From Thermodesulfobacteriota bacterium (lineage in GTDB: Bacteria > Desulfobacterota > Desulfobulbia > Desulfobulbales > SURF-16): a stretch of 13,863 nt of DNA. The translations under genes were made by a program, and so were the position numbers. The notes under the pieces were generated by a model. The model was not told the DNA's origin and searched no databases. It saw nothing but the letters and a program-made list of their open reading frames with translations. Shown here piece after piece: positions 1 to 7,837 of this stretch; positions within the stretch are counted from its first letter, which is position 1; each line of letters begins with the position of its first letter. The stretch spans positions 1 through 13,863 of the forward strand of contig JBFMAY010000065.1 of the NCBI GenBank assembly GCA_040755455.1, written 5' to 3'.

Positions 1-18
1 ACCATCCGGGAGATATGA
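1..18 (+). CDS. Possible 3' end of an upstream gene (TIREI*), perhaps the 2-oxoacid:ferredoxin oxidoreductase alpha subunit
   Basis: Frame 1 reads acc atc cgg gag ata tga. 'IRE(I/V)*' resembles KorA C-termini and korA normally precedes korB. Only 5 codons are visible. Confidence 0.25.
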   Translation, partial: TIREI

Positions 19-236
19 GCTGTTTTTCATCAAGTCAGTTATGCCAGGTAGTGCCAACACTATTTTTGCATGGCGTATTATGCCGAAATCGTTTAATTAT
101 TTTTTTTAAACTGTAGAAGATGAGTTTAACAAATATAAGTTGATTTTCATTTAACATTCTGCTGCAAAGAACGCGCAAAAAGCAGCCACGTCGCAGGCTG
201 TCGGTGGAATTTTTTTTATCATCGCAGGAAAGGCCA

Positions 237-1067
237 ATGGCAGAAAAAACGAGCAGTGTGCGTCATGATTATCTCAGGCACGACAAGAAGTTTCCCCATG
301 TCTGGTGTCCGGGGTGCGGCAACGGCATTGTCATGGGGTCGCTCATCCGGGCCATTGACAGGCTTGGGCTGGCAAAAGACGAACTGGTGCTGGCCTCAGG
401 CATTGGCTGCTCCGGCCGGATGCCGGTCTATGTGGATCTCAACACCCTGCATACCACCCATGGCCGGGCTCTGACCTTCGCCACCGGCATCAAGCTTGCC
501 AAGCCCGCCCTCACCGTGCTCGTCGTCATGGGGGATGGCGACGCCACCGCCATCGGCGGCAACCATTTCATCCATGCGGCCCGGCGCAATATCGATCTCA
601 CCGCCATCATCATCAATAACCAGATCTACGGCATGACCGGCGGCCAGTATTCACCCACCACGCCCTATGGCTCCTTTGCCTCCACCGCTTCCTGGGGGCA
701 TATTGAACATGCCTTTCCCATTGCCGAGCTGGCCGTGACGGCCGGGGCCTCCTATGTGGCCAGGGGCACGGTGTATCATGCCGCCATGCTCGACAGCCTT
801 TTGGCCAGGGGTATCGCCAAAAAAGGGTTCAGCGTCATTGAGGTGATGTCCAACTGCTATACCCAGTACGGCCGGCGCAATCAGATGGCTGATCCGGTCT
901 CCATGTTGCGGTATTTCAAAGAGCATGCGGTAGCAATTGACCGGGCGGCGAAGATGTCGAAGGAAGAGATGAACGGCAGATTCACCATCGGTGTGCTGGC
1001 CGATGTGGATAAACCAAACTATACGGAAGAATACCAGAAGATCCGTGACCGGGCGCTGCAGGGCTGA
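237..1067 (+). CDS. korB: 2-oxoacid:ferredoxin oxidoreductase beta subunit (TPP-binding), 276 aa
   Basis: WCPGCG, SGIGC, HGRA and GDGD...GGNHFIHAARRN...NNQIYGMTGGQYSPTT motifs. ATG 237 follows a purine-rich RBS (AGGAAAGG) and is preferred over GTG 204. Confidence 0.95.
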   Translation: MAEKTSSVRHDYLRHDKKFPHVWCPGCGNGIVMGSLIRAIDRLGLAKDELVLASGIGCSGRMPVYVDLNTLHTTHGRALTFATGIKLAKPALTVLVVMGDGDATAIGGNHFIHAARRNIDLTAIIINNQIYGMTGGQYSPTTPYGSFASTASWGHIEHAFPIAELAVTAGASYVARGTVYHAAMLDSLLARGIAKKGFSVIEVMSNCYTQYGRRNQMADPVSMLRYFKEHAVAIDRAAKMSKEEMNGRFTIGVLADVDKPNYTEEYQKIRDRALQG

Positions 1068-1092
1068 GCCTGGGAGCCGGCGGGACTTGCGC

Positions 1093-1686
1093 ATGATGAA
1101 AGAAGATCGCTATGAAATGAGATTCGGCGGGGCGGGCGGTCAGGGGATCATCCTGGCGGCCGTTATTTTTGCCGAGGCGGCCGGCATTTACGAGGGCTAC
1201 CATGTCTGCCAGACCCAGAGTTACGGCCCGGAGGCAAGAGGGGGCAGAAGCAGGGCCGAGATCGTCATCAGTTCCGAGGAGATCGATTATCCCAAGGTCA
1301 TCGGCATGGATCTTTTCCTGGCCATGAACCAGTCGGCCCTGGATGCCTATTTCTTTGATTGCAAACCGGAGGGCATCCTGCTGGCCGACGCTACCTGGGT
1401 GGAACAGGTGCCCACCAGCCGAGCCCTTGTCCTGCCCTTTACCTCCATTGCCAGGGACCAGCTCGGCAATGAACTCGTTGCCAACATGGTCGCCCTGGGG
1501 GCAGTGAGCGCTGTCTGCGGCATGGTGTCGCTGGTTAGCCTGGAAAAGGCGGTGGCCAGCAGGGTGCCGGCAAAATTCAAGGAACTCAATATCCGGGCCC
1601 TGCACGCGGGAGCCGGGGCCGCCGGGGAGGCGGATCTCTCCGCGCTGCCCCGTTTTATCGTATCCGACGAGGAAAAAGAGGTGTGA
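1093..1686 (+). CDS. korC: 2-oxoacid:ferredoxin oxidoreductase gamma subunit, 197 aa
   Basis: RFGGAGGQGIILA, QTQSYGPEARGG and NMVALGA motifs; directly follows korB. Start is ATG 1093 or 1096, not 991. Confidence 0.93.
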   Translation: MMKEDRYEMRFGGAGGQGIILAAVIFAEAAGIYEGYHVCQTQSYGPEARGGRSRAEIVISSEEIDYPKVIGMDLFLAMNQSALDAYFFDCKPEGILLADATWVEQVPTSRALVLPFTSIARDQLGNELVANMVALGAVSAVCGMVSLVSLEKAVASRVPAKFKELNIRALHAGAGAAGEADLSALPRFIVSDEEKEV

Positions 1687-1825
1687 GCGGGGTGGAAACT
1701 GATTTTCATGTCTTTCACGGGCTGATGCCGCGGAAAATTCGGAAGTCTCCTTCCTTCTACTGGCCTCGCAACGGCACCAGGCAGATAAGTTTCAGCGATA
1801 TGCAGCCCAGTTGGGGGCCTCTCCA

Positions 1826-3439
1826 ATGACGAAAAAGCCATCGTACGATGAACTTGTGGCAATGGTGCAGCAGCTCAAGGCCGCCCATGAGCAGCTGTCG
1901 CTCATCATGGAATCTCTGCCGATCATACCCTATACCCGCAGGGCGGATGGGGACTTTGCCATTACTTATATGGGCAAATCGGTGGAGGTGATCACCGGCT
2001 ACCCTGCCGAACAGTTCATGGATGATGCGACATTCTGGATAGATCACGTGCATCCGGACGACCGCAGCCGTGTCCTGGCGGAAATGCAGCTGCTCATCAA
2101 TGAAGGAATACTGAGGCGGGAGTACAGGCTGCAGACTGCCGACGGTTCCTATAAATGGATGAGCAGCTTCAGCAGGCTGATCAAGGATGCCGACGGCGGC
2201 AATGATTATATTGTCGGAGCGGTCCAGGATATCACTGAAGAGAAAAGAATGAAACAGGAGGCGGATCGGCACATGCAGCAGGTAATCCAGGCCGACAAAC
2301 TGGCCGCCCTTGGCGAGGTTGTCGCAGGCGTGGCCCATGAGATCAACAACCCGAACAGTTTTATCAGTTACAATATCCCGCTGTTGGAAGAATCCTGGGA
2401 GATCTTTGTGCCGATCATCAATGACTATGTGCAAAAGCATCCCGGCCGCAGGCATGGCAGTATTACCCTGGAAGAGCTGGCCGGGGAGATGGGGGAGATC
2501 ATTCATGCCATCAAAACAGGTTCTGACCGGATCAATAAGATTGTCGCCAATCTCAAGGATTTCGCCCGGCTCGATGAGAGCGCCCCGAGCACGCTGGTCG
2601 ATTTTAATAAGGTGATCAATGATACCCTGACAATTGTCGGCGCCCAGGCGCGTAAATCCGTGGGCCGGATCGAACTGGAGCTGGCGGACAATCTGCCCCG
2701 GTTTCACGGCCATTTTCAAAAACTGGAACAGGTGATGGCCAATCTGATCATGAATGCCGCCCAGGCGGTTACGGAGAAGGAAAAGGGCAAAATCGCCATT
2801 CGCACCCGGCTCAACAGGCGTTTGCATTCCATCATCGTTGAGGTGGAAGATAACGGACGCGGCATGGCGCCAACGGAGACGGAGCGCATTTTTGAGCCTT
2901 TTTTCACCACCAGGAGAAATTCCGGCGGCACCGGGCTCGGCCTCTCTGTTTCCTACGGCCTGATCCAGGAGCATAAGGGCCGGATCGGCGTGTTGTCCCG
3001 GCCGGGCCTGGGAACGAAATTTACCGTCATCCTCCCGGTTGACCGCCGTCAGAGCCAGCTTGATCTGCAGCCGACCATACTCTGTGTCGATGAAGACTCC
3101 CGCACCCTGGCGCAGCTCTACTCCTTTTTCGCCAGGGTGCTGAATCTGCCTGCCCGCAGCGTATCATCGGCAGGAGAGGTTGTCTTCTTTCTGCAGGATC
3201 ATCCTGAGGTGGATATGATTGTGTGCGATATGCCGATGTCCCAAGCCGCCTGCTGGCCGTTTTTGGACGACATCAATAAACAATTTCCCTTGCTGCCGGT
3301 TATCTGTTTATCGGATTTGCCGGAGCAGGAGCGGCAGTCCGCCGGCGGTGATTGCCTGCCGGATTATTTCCTGGCCAGGCCACTGGAGCTTGAAAAACTG
3401 GCAAAGATCATCAAGACAATTGGAAGGCTGCGGATATGA
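1826..3439 (+). CDS. Cytoplasmic PAS-domain hybrid histidine kinase with a degenerate C-terminal receiver, 537 aa
   Basis: PAS/PAC (VHPDDR...GSYKW...GAVQDITEEK), H-box GVAHEINNP, N-box QVMANLIMNA, G1 EDNGRGM, F-box IFEPFFTT, G2 GTGLGLS, and a receiver-like tail ILCVDED...IVCD...LSD...LARP. No TM segment. Stop overlaps the next start (ATGA 3436-3439). Confidence 0.93.
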   Translation: MTKKPSYDELVAMVQQLKAAHEQLSLIMESLPIIPYTRRADGDFAITYMGKSVEVITGYPAEQFMDDATFWIDHVHPDDRSRVLAEMQLLINEGILRREYRLQTADGSYKWMSSFSRLIKDADGGNDYIVGAVQDITEEKRMKQEADRHMQQVIQADKLAALGEVVAGVAHEINNPNSFISYNIPLLEESWEIFVPIINDYVQKHPGRRHGSITLEELAGEMGEIIHAIKTGSDRINKIVANLKDFARLDESAPSTLVDFNKVINDTLTIVGAQARKSVGRIELELADNLPRFHGHFQKLEQVMANLIMNAAQAVTEKEKGKIAIRTRLNRRLHSIIVEVEDNGRGMAPTETERIFEPFFTTRRNSGGTGLGLSVSYGLIQEHKGRIGVLSRPGLGTKFTVILPVDRRQSQLDLQPTILCVDEDSRTLAQLYSFFARVLNLPARSVSSAGEVVFFLQDHPEVDMIVCDMPMSQAACWPFLDDINKQFPLLPVICLSDLPEQERQSAGGDCLPDYFLARPLELEKLAKIIKTIGRLRI

Positions 3440-4821
3440 AGATACTTTTGGTTGATGATGAGCGGATCGCTTTAAGTTCGTTGCAGAGATTATTAAAGCG
3501 TCGCGGCTATCAGGAGGTCGAGGTCTGTGACAGCGCACCTGCTGCGGCGGCACGGATCAAGGCCGAGGATTTCGCTGTGGTCTTTGTCGATCTGCTCATG
3601 CCCGAGATGGACGGACTGCAACTGCTTGAGGCGGTGAAGCCTTTCAAGCCCTACACGGAATTTATCATGCTTACGGCGGTGGATGACGTCAACACCGCGG
3701 TGAGGGCTCTGCGTCTGGGGGCGTATGATTATCTGGTAAAGCCGGTGGAGAACGAGCGGCTGCTGTTGACCCTTGAACATGCCTATGAGCGGCGGGGCTT
3801 GCTGGGACTTGTCGGGGCAAGCTCGCGGCAGGACCATATGCCTCTGTCAAGCGCTTTTGCCGCTATTGTCACCCGGTGCCCCCGCATGAAAGAGCTGCTG
3901 CTCTTTGCCCAGACCATGGCCAAAAGCGGCAATCCCGTGCTTATCACCGGCGAATCCGGTACGGGCAAGGAGTTGCTTGCCCAGGCTATTCATCAGGCGG
4001 GTCCTGCCCCTGATGGACCCTTTGTCGCGGTCAATGTTGCCTCTGTTTCCGATTCTCTTTTTGAAAGCCAGTTTTTCGGACATGCCAAAGGGGCATTCAC
4101 CGGGGCAACCAACAGTTATCCTGGTTTTTTTGAGCAAGCCGACGGGGGCACCCTTTTTCTCGATGAGATCGGCGAGCTGCCCAAAAACCTGCAGGTCAAA
4201 TTCCTGCGGGTGCTTGAGGAGAAGAAGGTTCCCCGGCTTGGCGACCCGCAGCAGATCGCCGTTAATGTCCGCATCGTGTCCGCCACCAGCGTGGATCTGG
4301 ATAAGGCCTGTCAGGAGGGGACCTTCAGGCTTGACCTCATGTACCGGCTCAAATCCGTTCATCTTCACCTGCCTCCCCTGCGGGAACGTGAAGGCGATAT
4401 CCCTCTGCTTGCCGGTCAGTTCCTGAAAAAGGCCTGTGAGCGCCACGGCAAGAAGCTGAGCGGCTTCACCCCCGAGGCCATGGCGCATCTGCAGCAGCAG
4501 TCATATCCCGGCAATATCCGGGAACTGGCCCAGAAGGTGGAAAATGCCGTGCTCATGGCCCCTGGGCCATTTATTACCCCCGAAGACTTTGGGAGGGAGG
4601 CTGGTTCCCCCGTGTTCAGCTTTGCCAGGAAACTCTGCACCCTGAAAGAGGACGCCGCGGCGCATACCGCTTATGTTCTCCGGCAAACCAAGGGTGATCG
4701 CCAGGAGGCGGCAAAAATTCTCGGGGTGTCGCTGCGGCATGTCCAGCGTAAGATTGCCGGGATGAAAAGGCAGCCTGGGTGGCGTCAGCTCCTTGATGAC
4801 ATTGAGGTCGCAAAGAGGTGA
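3436..4821 (+). CDS. NtrC-family sigma54-dependent response regulator (REC-AAA+-Fis HTH), 461 aa
   Basis: REC (LVDDE, VDLLMP, LVKP), Walker A GESGTGKE, intact GAFTGA, Walker B LFLDEIGE, FRLDLMYRL, HTH RQEAAKILGVSLRHVQRKI. Confidence 0.96.
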   Translation: MKILLVDDERIALSSLQRLLKRRGYQEVEVCDSAPAAAARIKAEDFAVVFVDLLMPEMDGLQLLEAVKPFKPYTEFIMLTAVDDVNTAVRALRLGAYDYLVKPVENERLLLTLEHAYERRGLLGLVGASSRQDHMPLSSAFAAIVTRCPRMKELLLFAQTMAKSGNPVLITGESGTGKELLAQAIHQAGPAPDGPFVAVNVASVSDSLFESQFFGHAKGAFTGATNSYPGFFEQADGGTLFLDEIGELPKNLQVKFLRVLEEKKVPRLGDPQQIAVNVRIVSATSVDLDKACQEGTFRLDLMYRLKSVHLHLPPLREREGDIPLLAGQFLKKACERHGKKLSGFTPEAMAHLQQQSYPGNIRELAQKVENAVLMAPGPFITPEDFGREAGSPVFSFARKLCTLKEDAAAHTAYVLRQTKGDRQEAAKILGVSLRHVQRKIAGMKRQPGWRQLLDDIEVAKR

Positions 4822-4833
4822 CTTAAATGTCGT
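4818..4833. promoter_or_regulatory. Candidate enhancer (UAS) site 1, GTGACTTAAATGTCGT
   Basis: Imperfect GCGAC-N6-GTCGC palindrome overlapping the activator stop codon. Matches site 2 at 14/20 positions including the trailing GTTC. Confidence 0.45.
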
Positions 4834-4910
4834 GTTCCGCTTATTTTGTGAAAAAATAAGCCGTTAGGCATCCGGTAAACCCTTCCGCCACGTGATCAAT
4901 TTCCCGGGCT

Positions 4911-4926
4911 GCGATATTTATGTCGC
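4911..4926. promoter_or_regulatory. Candidate enhancer (UAS) site 2, GCGATATTTATGTCGC
   Basis: 7-bp arms GCGATAT/ATGTCGC with one mismatch, about 90 bp upstream of the -24 box, which is a typical enhancer distance. Confidence 0.55.
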
Positions 4927-5011
4927 GTTCTCCCTGTCAGTATCCTGCTTTTACCTAAAAAAAACTCTTTCATTTCCGCAGGCTGCTCTTTTTGTGCCTC
5001 CTTTGCCGCTA

Positions 5012-5028
5012 TTGGCAGACGTGTTGCA
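5012..5028 (+). promoter_or_regulatory. sigma54 (-24/-12) promoter TTGGCAGACGTGTTGCA
   Basis: GG(5014-5015)-N10-GC(5026-5027) with TGGCA and TTGCA cores. Lies in the intergenic region next to a sigma54 activator gene, upstream of ATG 5112. Confidence 0.8.
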
Positions 5029-5111
5029 TTGGTCTGCCAGTGGGTGCAAGAGTCTGCCGTTGGCAACAGGCTCGGGCGGTAACGATCAGTGGACGTTTTC
5101 AAGAGGATATC

Positions 5112-5552
5112 ATGGCTCATTCCGGCATTCACAAGGTATTGATCGCTGATGACAATGAGGTTTTCAGCCATTCGGTCGAGCGGCATCTCAAGCGGGAAGG
5201 ATTTGAGATTTTCGTCGCCCACGAAGGAAATACGGCAAAAAGCATGGTGCTGGCCGCTGAGTCCGACAATTACCCTTTTGAGCTGGTTATGGTGGAATTT
5301 TTCATGCCCAATATGCAGGGTGTTGATCTTGTCCGCTGGCTGCATCAGCACTTTCCTGCGTTGTCTGTGTTGATGGTTTCCGGGTTCGGCAATATTGACC
5401 TGATGAATAAAGTCATCAGGCCGGAGATTGATGCTTCCCTGAAAAAACCGGTATTACCCGGGCAGATTATACTCACTATTGCGATGCTTGCCGTAAAAAG
5501 GCAGCATGCTGGTATGTCTGGAGGCCCTGTGCCGCAAGCAAGGCATAGATAG
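5112..5552 (+). CDS. Single-domain receiver (CheY-like) protein with Glu at the phosphoacceptor site, 146 aa
   Basis: KVLIADD, ELVMVEFFMP (canonical DLVxxDxxMP), LMVSGF, LKKP. RBS AGAGGA before ATG 5112. Confidence 0.85.
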   Translation: MAHSGIHKVLIADDNEVFSHSVERHLKREGFEIFVAHEGNTAKSMVLAAESDNYPFELVMVEFFMPNMQGVDLVRWLHQHFPALSVLMVSGFGNIDLMNKVIRPEIDASLKKPVLPGQIILTIAMLAVKRQHAGMSGGPVPQARHR

Positions 5553-5613
5553 CGCCTATAGCCATTCTTGGCAATACTGCGGCTGTGTAGCTGCCCGCTG
5601 TCAGGAGGATACT

Positions 5614-6030
5614 ATGGAGAAACAGCAGAAAAGAACCGTCGGTCAGGGGAAATATCTGACTTTCAACCTTGGTCGGGAAATCAATGGTATCGCGCTTCTC
5701 AAGGTCAAAGAGATTACCGAACTGATGCCGGTTGCTTATGTGCCCTGGGTTCCTGTCTCCATGGAAGGGGTTATCAACCGCAAGGGCAAGTTCATGCCGG
5801 TGGTGGATGTCCGGCAGAAATGCAATATGGAAAACGTCTGTTACTCGGAGAGAACCTGCATCATTGTTATCGAAATGCAGGCTGGCAAAGGGACGGTTGC
5901 CCAGGTCGGCATCATTGTCGATGCCGTTTCGGAAGTCATCAATATCAGAAAGAAAGCACCTAAACTGCGTCTACCGCTGGCAAAAAAGGAACCGGTAATG
6001 CCATGCTAGGCATGGCGCATGGAAACTGTA
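5614..6030 (+). pseudogene. cheW: cheW pseudogene (frameshift near 5949-5951 plus in-frame TAA 5961-5963)
   Basis: RBS AGGAGG. GKYLTFNL, GVINRKGKFMPVVD, ERTCIIVIE and GIIVDAVSEVINI are CheW motifs. The CheW-like tail ([22 protein letters not shown]) continues in a different frame. The 3' end is approximate. Confidence 0.75.
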
Positions 6031-6136
6031 TCAAAGATGTCAGCAGGCGGCAATTTGCATTGTCTGGTCTGGGGCAATGCAAATTGTTTTTTAGGCGAGC
6101 GCGGTTACGCCGTTTCCGTCTAATATTTATAAGGGA

Positions 6137-6145
6137 GGGGGGGGG
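6137..6145 (+). repeat. G9 homopolymer inside the chemoreceptor RBS
   Basis: aagggaGGGGGGGGGagagagcATG (ATG 6153). Confidence 0.8.
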
Positions 6146-6152
6146 AGAGAGC

Positions 6153-7760
6153 ATGTTGACTAACTGGACTGTCGGAAAAAAAATTGGCGGCGGCTTTATT
6201 CTGATGATTCTGTTGGCCGTGCTGGTCGGGGGAGTCGGTTCATGGAAGGCGCACCATGTGAACAGTGATGTGCAAGACCTGCAGGAGATCCATTTACCTT
6301 TGACGCTGCTCATGGGCAAGATTGTCGAAACAGCTGCCAACCAGGAGCTTAGCGTAACCATGTATGTCATTCATGGGGAAAAACGTTTTGTCGATGAATT
6401 CGATAAGCTTGACGACCTTGAAGACGGCTACTTTAAAGATGCAGTGGCCCTGATCAGTCCTGATCAGGCCCTTGTTGTTAAAGGCTGGCTGCAGGTTAAT
6501 GAAAAGGTGGCTGAAAGGCATGACAAGTTTGTTCAGTCTGCCAGGCATTTGTTTGACTCTGTTGCCAATGGCCAGGACCAGGCGGCCGTCGCCGCTGCGG
6601 CCGATATGGTTGAAGTGAGTGCCGGCGAGTTCAAGGCGTCTGTGGCCGAGTTCAACGATATCAATACCGCCGAGGCCAACGGGGTGGCCGGGGAAGCTCT
6701 TGCGGCCAGCCGGAATTCCATTGCAATCATGGAGGGGATCAGCGTCGTGACCCTGGTGGCCGGCATCGTCCTCGCCTTTATTCTCACCCGGTCCATCACC
6801 ACGCCGTTAAGCTTGGCCATTAACAATATCAATGAGGGGGCGGTTCAGGTTGAAATGGCATCCGGCCAGGTTTCCACCGCCAGCCAGAGTCTGGCGGAAG
6901 GGGCCAGTGAACAGGCGGCGGCCTTGGAGGAGACTTCTTCCTCCCTTGAGGAAATGACGGCCATGACCAGGCAGAATGCTGAAAACGCTCAGCATGCCAA
7001 TGCTCTCATGGATGAAACGAGTGCGATCGTCGACACGGCAAACAGCTCGATGTCGCAGCTGACAGCTGCCATGGGAAAGGTTGCCAGGGCAAGCGAGGAC
7101 ACCTCAAAAATCATCAAGACCATTGATGAGATAGCCTTTCAGACCAATCTGCTGGCCTTGAACGCTGCGGTGGAGGCGGCCCGGGCAGGGGAAGCCGGTG
7201 CCGGTTTTGCCGTTGTCGCCGATGAGGTCCGCAGTCTTGCCATGCGGGCGGCCGATGCGGCAAAAAACACCGCAGCCCTGATCGAGGACACCGTGGCCCA
7301 GGTTAAGGTAAGCGCTGCCCTGGTTGGGACAACGAATGAGGCCTTTGCCGGGATATCGGCAAGTTCGGCCAAGGTCAGTCAACTGATTCATGAGATAGCG
7401 ACCGCGTCAAAGGAACAGTCCCATGGGGTTGGACAGGTTAACACCGCGGTAGCAGAGATGGATCAGGTCACCCAGGGCAATGCCGCCGCCGCCGAAGAGT
7501 CCGCCAGTGCCGCTGAAGAGCTTAATGCCCTGTCCGAGGTGATGCACGCCACGGCCAGGGAACTGGTCAGGATGATTGGCGGCCATACTGCCGCAAGCAG
7601 CCAGCATGATCAACTGCGTACCGCCGCCAGGCCAGGGAAAGCGATTGCCGGGCGTTCGCCCCGACCAGGGACTGCCGCCGAGCGGCAAAAAACAGCCAAG
7701 GTAAAGGCCGTTATGCCGGAGGCAGGCAAGGAGTTTGTTGATTTTCCGCAATCGCTTTAA
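6153..7760 (+). CDS. Methyl-accepting chemotaxis protein (TM1, helical periplasmic sensor, TM2, signalling domain), 535 aa
   Basis: KIGGGF-TM1, TM2 ending ILTRSI, hairpin tip [40 protein letters not shown], methylation helices [15 protein letters not shown] and [12 protein letters not shown]. No obvious full HAMP domain. ATG 6153 has an RBS. Confidence 0.95.
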   Translation: MLTNWTVGKKIGGGFILMILLAVLVGGVGSWKAHHVNSDVQDLQEIHLPLTLLMGKIVETAANQELSVTMYVIHGEKRFVDEFDKLDDLEDGYFKDAVALISPDQALVVKGWLQVNEKVAERHDKFVQSARHLFDSVANGQDQAAVAAAADMVEVSAGEFKASVAEFNDINTAEANGVAGEALAASRNSIAIMEGISVVTLVAGIVLAFILTRSITTPLSLAINNINEGAVQVEMASGQVSTASQSLAEGASEQAAALEETSSSLEEMTAMTRQNAENAQHANALMDETSAIVDTANSSMSQLTAAMGKVARASEDTSKIIKTIDEIAFQTNLLALNAAVEAARAGEAGAGFAVVADEVRSLAMRAADAAKNTAALIEDTVAQVKVSAALVGTTNEAFAGISASSAKVSQLIHEIATASKEQSHGVGQVNTAVAEMDQVTQGNAAAAEESASAAEELNALSEVMHATARELVRMIGGHTAASSQHDQLRTAARPGKAIAGRSPRPGTAAERQKTAKVKAVMPEAGKEFVDFPQSL

Positions 7761-7776
7761 AAATTCTCTCTTGGCG

Positions 7777-7830
7777 ATCATGTGAAAAAATGGAGGGTTA
7801 CCGGGGAGGTGCTGCCCATTTTTGCATGGT
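7777..7830. terminator. Imperfect inverted repeat between convergent genes (possible bidirectional terminator)
   Basis: AAAAATGG (7786-7793) / CCATTTTT (7816-7823) with flanking CATG arms and a large loop. Confidence 0.3.
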
Positions 7831-7837
7831 CATGTCT

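Noticed and set aside
42..57. Minus-strand TGGCACTACCTGGCA as a sigma54 promoter
   Set aside because: GG-GC spacing is 9 nt rather than the required 10.
160..220. GCAAA-containing leader as a c-di-GMP-I riboswitch
   Set aside because: No GNRA-capped P2 stem or correctly placed GGGACGCAAAGC/CTAA elements.
1760..1776. CTGGCCTCGCAACGGCA as a sigma54 promoter for the kinase
   Set aside because: Spacing is correct but it lacks TTGC and the CAC core; likely chance in GC-rich DNA.
1757..2974. 405-aa minus-strand ORF
   Set aside because: Antisense shadow of the histidine kinase with no motifs of its own. The same applies to the other overlapping ORFs (e.g. 982-1605, 3847-4488, 7790-8176, 12536-12982).
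5568..5584. TTGGCAATACTGCGGCT as an internal sigma54 promoter before cheW
   Set aside because: GG-N10-GC is present but the -12 box is poor and no enhancer site was seen.
6003..6152. 50-codon N-terminal extension of the MCP, or a CheW-MCP fusion
   Set aside because: It is the remnant cheW tail plus spacer. A fusion would need both a frameshift and stop read-through, and ATG 6153 has its own RBS.
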